The notes under the pieces were generated by a model. That model did no database searches and had not been told where the DNA came from. It saw only the letters and a program-made list of their open reading frames with translations. The position numbers were made by a program, and so were the translations under genes. This document shows, piece after piece, positions 60,214 through 64,000 of a stretch of DNA of 64,000 bases. Every line of letters begins with the position of its first letter. Within the stretch, counting starts at the first letter, position 1. Source of the stretch: Sphingobacterium sp. (GTDB taxonomy: Bacteria; Bacteroidota; Bacteroidia; Sphingobacteriales; Sphingobacteriaceae); the NCBI GenBank assembly GCA_040392845.1, contig JBEBVG010000002.1, positions 1,141 through 65,140 on the forward strand, read 5' to 3'.

Positions 60214-60269
60214 TCCGGATGCCACAGTTTGCGTTAAGGTAGTACCCATGAAGTGTGTAAACTACCTTG

Positions 60270-60443
60270 ATCCCGGCCAAAAACCGATACCATCCCAAAC
60301 ACAATTGCTTGTGTTCCGGACACAGTATAGTTCGCGCCAGACACAACACACTTTGTTTCAAAGTGTATTGTATTTGTGTCATTCCCTGTTGTGTTTGTGT
60401 CATTCCCCGTTGCGTTCAAACCGAATAATGGCCCGGCCGGGAT
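60270..60443. repeat. Degenerate 21-bp tandem array bounded by 9-bp inverted repeats
   Basis: ATCCCGGCC (60270) ... GGCCGGGAT (60435). Units include TGTATTGTATTTGTGTCATTC and CCTGTTGTGTTTGTGTCATTC; ACACA recurs at 60299, 60320 and 60341. Confidence 0.6.
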
Positions 60444-60570
60444 ATTACCATTTGTGCCAATTATCTGTGCTGAGCTGATTGAATTTATTGATGGCGGATT
60501 GCTTTTAGCATCTTTTTTTGTCGGATAAATTTTTTATTTTTGTACATAAAACAGGTGCTATAAACTCATT

Positions 60571-60951
60571 ATGGAGAATTTAAACGGGCAAAATTTGCCT
60601 ATAGACTACGTCCCTATTCTTATTCAACTGGCAGTAGCTGCGGGGTTTGGTGTGACAACGATTATCGGAACCCATTTACTGGGACCTAAAGTGAGAACAA
60701 AAAATAAACTGACCGCATTTGAGTCTGGAATTGAAGTCGTTGGAAATGCAAGACAGCCTTTCTCAATCAAGTACTTTCTCGTAGCGATCCTATTTGTGAT
60801 TTTTGATATCGAGGTCATATTTATGTACCCTTGGGCTGTGAATTTTAGAGAGTTCGGGGTAGAGGGACTGATCGAAATGTTCATTTTCATGGGTCTTCTT
60901 CTTCTCGGGTTTATATATGTCGTTAAGAAAAGAGCCTTGGATTGGGATTAG
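60571..60951 (+). CDS. nuoA: NADH-quinone oxidoreductase subunit A
   Basis: FESGIE, YFLVAILFVIFDIEVIFMYPWA, ALDW. Confidence 0.96.
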   Translation: MENLNGQNLPIDYVPILIQLAVAAGFGVTTIIGTHLLGPKVRTKNKLTAFESGIEVVGNARQPFSIKYFLVAILFVIFDIEVIFMYPWAVNFREFGVEGLIEMFIFMGLLLLGFIYVVKKRALDWD

Positions 60952-60964
60952 ATTGATTCTAAAT
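60946..60964. promoter_or_regulatory. Fur-box-like palindrome between nuoA and nuoB
   Basis: GATTAGATTGATTCTAAAT; 15/19 match to ATTTAGAATTATTCTAAAT. Confidence 0.4.
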
Positions 60965-61042
60965 ATAATCGCGAGGTTCGATGCGACAGAATAAAATATT
61001 ATATTGGCCCGTTACAGGCTTGGAAATGAAGAGATATGAACT

Positions 61043-61597
61043 ATGAGTAAGGTTACGTTAGCTGAAGCCCCCCCGGGAGTAGAAGGAGCTGGATTTTTTG
61101 CGACTTCTTTAGATAAAGTTATAGGTTTGGCGAGAGCAAATTCCCTATGGCCGCTACCTTTTGCCACGTCATGTTGTGGCATTGAATTTATGGCGACGAT
61201 GGGGTCTACATATGATTTGGCCCGTTTTGGTGCTGAACGGCCGAGCTTTTCTCCGCGTCAGGCGGACATGTTGCTTGTGATGGGTACAATTGCGAAGAAG
61301 ATGGCTCCGGTGTTAAAACAAGTCTATATACAGATGGCCGAACCAAGATGGGTGATTGCCGTGGGCGCATGTGCCTCCAGCGGAGGTATATTTGATACCT
61401 ATTCTGTACTCCAGGGAATAGATGAAATTATTCCTGTGGACGTATATGTTCCCGGATGCCCTCCGCGGCCCGAAGCTATTTTAGATGGTGTACTGAAATT
61501 GCAGGAAATCGTCAAAAACGAATCCCTAAACAGACGAAATACACCTGAATATAAAGCATTGTTGGAAAAATACGGAATACAAACAGATAATGGATAA
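61043..61597 (+). CDS. nuoB: NADH-quinone oxidoreductase subunit B
   Basis: [29 protein letters not shown]. Confidence 0.97.
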   Translation: MSKVTLAEAPPGVEGAGFFATSLDKVIGLARANSLWPLPFATSCCGIEFMATMGSTYDLARFGAERPSFSPRQADMLLVMGTIAKKMAPVLKQVYIQMAEPRWVIAVGACASSGGIFDTYSVLQGIDEIIPVDVYVPGCPPRPEAILDGVLKLQEIVKNESLNRRNTPEYKALLEKYGIQTDNG

Positions 61598-62093
61598 GTT
61601 AGACAATCAAGGCATCTGGAGGTCTCTTCAAGAGCAGTTCGCCGAACAAGTCAGTCTTGTGGGTGAACCTCATGGGCTGCTAACGGTAGCTACAACAAAG
61701 GAGAGTATCCTTGCACTTCTTTCTTTCTTGAAGAATGACGAAAGACTTCGGTTTACTTATCTGACGGATATTACTGCTGTGCATTATCCGCGACAAGAGA
61801 AGCCATTTGCTGTCGTATATCATGTACACAACCTGTTTCAGAATGTACGGGTACGTATCAAAGTGTTTATAGGCGGTGACCAACCGACTATCCCGACTGC
61901 AACCACCATTTGGGAGGGTGCGAATTGGATGGAAAGGGAAACGTACGATTTTTTTGGTATTGTATTCGAAGGCCATCCCGATTTGCGGCGTATATTGAAT
62001 ATGGATGAGTTGGACGTCTTCCCGATGCGTAGAGAATATCCACTGGAAGATCCAAACCGGGTGGATAAAAAGGATTTTTATTTTGGACGATAA
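61590..62093 (+). CDS. nuoC: NADH-quinone oxidoreductase subunit C
   Basis: [25 protein letters not shown]. Confidence 0.96.
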   Translation: MDKLDNQGIWRSLQEQFAEQVSLVGEPHGLLTVATTKESILALLSFLKNDERLRFTYLTDITAVHYPRQEKPFAVVYHVHNLFQNVRVRIKVFIGGDQPTIPTATTIWEGANWMERETYDFFGIVFEGHPDLRRILNMDELDVFPMRREYPLEDPNRVDKKDFYFGR

Positions 62094-62104
62094 ATACGGA
62101 GAAG

Positions 62105-63340
62105 ATGAGCAATTCCATAACAAAAATAACGCCTAATAACCCCGTCTTTTTTGATAATGATCCCCAAGAGGAATTGACGACGCTCAATATCGGGCCCACG
62201 CATCCTGCGACACATGGTGTGTTTCAGAACGTATGTCAGATGGATGGCGAACGTATCGTCAGTGCTGTATCCACCATTGGATATATTCATAGGGCATTTG
62301 AAAAAATCGCTGAACACCGTCCTTTCTACCAGATTACACCGTTGACGGACAGGCTTAACTATTGTTCGTCGCCCATCAACAATATGGGCTATCACATGAC
62401 CGTGGAAAAGCTACTGAATATTGAAATACCTAAGCGGGTACAATATATGCGGGTGATCGTTATGGAGTTGGCTCGGATTGCAGACCATATCATCTGTAAT
62501 GGTATCCTGGGTGTTGACACGGGTGCTTTCTCCGGCTTCTTGTATGTGATGCAGGAGCGTGAGTTTATCTACGAAATATTTGAAGAAATCTGCGGAGCGC
62601 GTCTGACGACAAATATTGGGAGGATTGGAGGCTTTGAGCGCGATTTCAACGACGTCGCCTTCCGCAAAATCAGGGAATTCCTGGATCGTTATCCGCCAGT
62701 ATTGAAAGAATTTGAAGAGCTTTTCGTCCGCAATAGAATATTTATCGAACGTACCGCTGGCGTCGCCGCGGTGACACCCGAACAGGCATTAAGCTACAGC
62801 TGGTCAGGGCCGATATTAAGGGCAACAGGTGTAGATTATGATGTGCGGGCAGTAGCGCCTTATTGTTCCTATGAAGAATTTGATTTTGAAGTACCTGTCG
62901 GCACTAATGGCGATGTTTACGATCGTTTTATGGTACGTAATGCAGAGATGTGGCAATCCATGCGCATTATAGAGCAGGCTTTAGAAAAAATAGCGAAAGA
63001 ACCTGCAGGTATTTTCCATGCCGATGTTCCGGAATTTTATTTGCCACCGAAGGAACAGGTTTACAATAATATGGAGGCTCTTATTTATCATTTCAAAATT
63101 GTGATGGGGGAGTGGGAAACACCGATATCTGAAGTGTATCATGCCGTAGAAGGAGCAAATGGAGAGTTGGGGTTTTATCTGATTCACGACGGTGGACGTA
63201 CACCTTATCGTCTGCATTTCAGAAGACCCTCTTTTGTAAATTATCAGATGTTTGCACCGATGAGCAGCGGTATGTTACTATCCGATGCTATTATCAATAT
63301 GAGTAGTTTAAATGTTATTGCAGGAGAGTTAGATGCTTAG
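62105..63340 (+). CDS. nuoD: NADH-quinone oxidoreductase subunit D
   Basis: NIGPTHPATHG, GYIHRAFEK, DRLNY, ELARIADH. Confidence 0.97.
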   Translation: MSNSITKITPNNPVFFDNDPQEELTTLNIGPTHPATHGVFQNVCQMDGERIVSAVSTIGYIHRAFEKIAEHRPFYQITPLTDRLNYCSSPINNMGYHMTVEKLLNIEIPKRVQYMRVIVMELARIADHIICNGILGVDTGAFSGFLYVMQEREFIYEIFEEICGARLTTNIGRIGGFERDFNDVAFRKIREFLDRYPPVLKEFEELFVRNRIFIERTAGVAAVTPEQALSYSWSGPILRATGVDYDVRAVAPYCSYEEFDFEVPVGTNGDVYDRFMVRNAEMWQSMRIIEQALEKIAKEPAGIFHADVPEFYLPPKEQVYNNMEALIYHFKIVMGEWETPISEVYHAVEGANGELGFYLIHDGGRTPYRLHFRRPSFVNYQMFAPMSSGMLLSDAIINMSSLNVIAGELDA

Positions 63341-63860
63341 TATAAAAGAAAACCAACCCGTTGTATTCTCCGCCGAACTGTTAGCTAAGTTTGGAGAAAT
63401 CGTAAGCCGGTATCCCGAAGGGAGACAAAAGTCAGCCCTACTGCCTGTCTTGCATCTCGTGCAGGCCGAATATGGATGGGTGAGTACCGAAGCCATGGAT
63501 GCGGTAGCGGCATATCTGAATATTAGGCCAATAGAAGTATATGAAGTGGCCACATTCTATACGATGTACTTTTTAGAACCTCGTGGAAAATATACATTAG
63601 AGGTCTGCCGTACAGGCCCTTGTTGTTTAGTCGGGGCAGAACGTATCATGAAACATATCGAACAGCGCTTGGGTGTCCGGGAGAATGAGGTGACTACGGA
63701 TGGATTATTTTCCTGGCGTGGTGTAGAATGTCTGGCAGCATGCGGTTATGGTCCGGTATTACAAATTGGCCCGGAGTATACATTTTATGAAAACCTAACG
63801 GAGGAAAGTGTCGACCAGCTGATCGATACTTTACGAAATAAAGCACAACACGAAGCTTAA
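63333..63860 (+). CDS. nuoE: NADH-quinone oxidoreductase subunit E
   Basis: VATFYTMY, VCRTGPC, VECLAAC [2Fe-2S] ligands. Confidence 0.96.
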   Translation: MLSIKENQPVVFSAELLAKFGEIVSRYPEGRQKSALLPVLHLVQAEYGWVSTEAMDAVAAYLNIRPIEVYEVATFYTMYFLEPRGKYTLEVCRTGPCCLVGAERIMKHIEQRLGVRENEVTTDGLFSWRGVECLAACGYGPVLQIGPEYTFYENLTEESVDQLIDTLRNKAQHEA

Positions 63861-63865
63861 ACACT

Positions 63866-64000
63866 ATGGGTCGCAAGTTATTATTAGAACATATCAACGT
63901 ACCGGACATACATACTTTGGCGGTTTACCGTCAACAGGGAGGATACCGGGCCGTAGAAAAGGCGTTGAAGTCAATGTCGCCCGAAGATGTGCTGGAGGAG
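63866..64000 (+). CDS. nuoF: NADH-quinone oxidoreductase subunit F, 5' part (truncated by the window)
   Basis: MGRKLLLEHINVPDIHTLAVYRQQGGYRAVEKALKSMSPEDVLEE..., directly after nuoE. Confidence 0.85.
   Translation, partial: MGRKLLLEHINVPDIHTLAVYRQQGGYRAVEKALKSMSPEDVLEE

Noticed and set aside
60280-60426. Possible CRISPR array
   Set aside because: The units are contiguous 21-mers with no conserved repeat/unique spacer alternation, and there are no cas genes.

Overview
Bacteroidota chromosomal segment, most likely Sphingobacteriaceae (Sphingobacterium-like). The assignment is inferred from gene content, TAnnTTTG -7 promoters and the general lack of Shine-Dalgarno sites. From left to right: (1) 1-11.7 kb, the 3' part of a tightly packed catabolic operon. 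It holds an AstE/AspA deacylase, two SDRs, a threonine-synthase-like PLP enzyme, a NanA-like aldolase, RidA, an MlrC-gluconolactonase fusion, a NanM-like Kelch protein, an AKR, an MFS transporter and a class III aminotransferase. It looks like an uncharacterised pathway for a di-N-acylated nonulosonic/amino-sugar acid. (2) 11.7-21.6 kb, a stress/dormancy block (MscS, YhfW-like, DUF6766, DUF4142, LigD, Ku, Balon-like baeRF) whose five upstream regions share an AAC-N17/18-GTT motif. (3) 21.7-52.9 kb, mostly housekeeping genes (gdhA, gcvT/H, truC, apaG, cdsA, anmK, pdhB, mqnB, queD, folE, murein hydrolases, metK with a SAM-II riboswitch, exbBDD-tonB-pstS-like-TPR), with a 192-bp MITE inserted at the truC stop codon. 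(4) 53-58.6 kb, a DeoR-regulated GDPD / sn-glycerol-1-phosphate dehydrogenase / GlpT-like / HAD operon, a candidate G1P scavenging system. (5) a sulfatase, a 21-bp-period repeat element and the start of the nuo operon. No rRNA, tRNA or CRISPR array was seen. All functional calls come from motif recognition by eye; no database searches were run.
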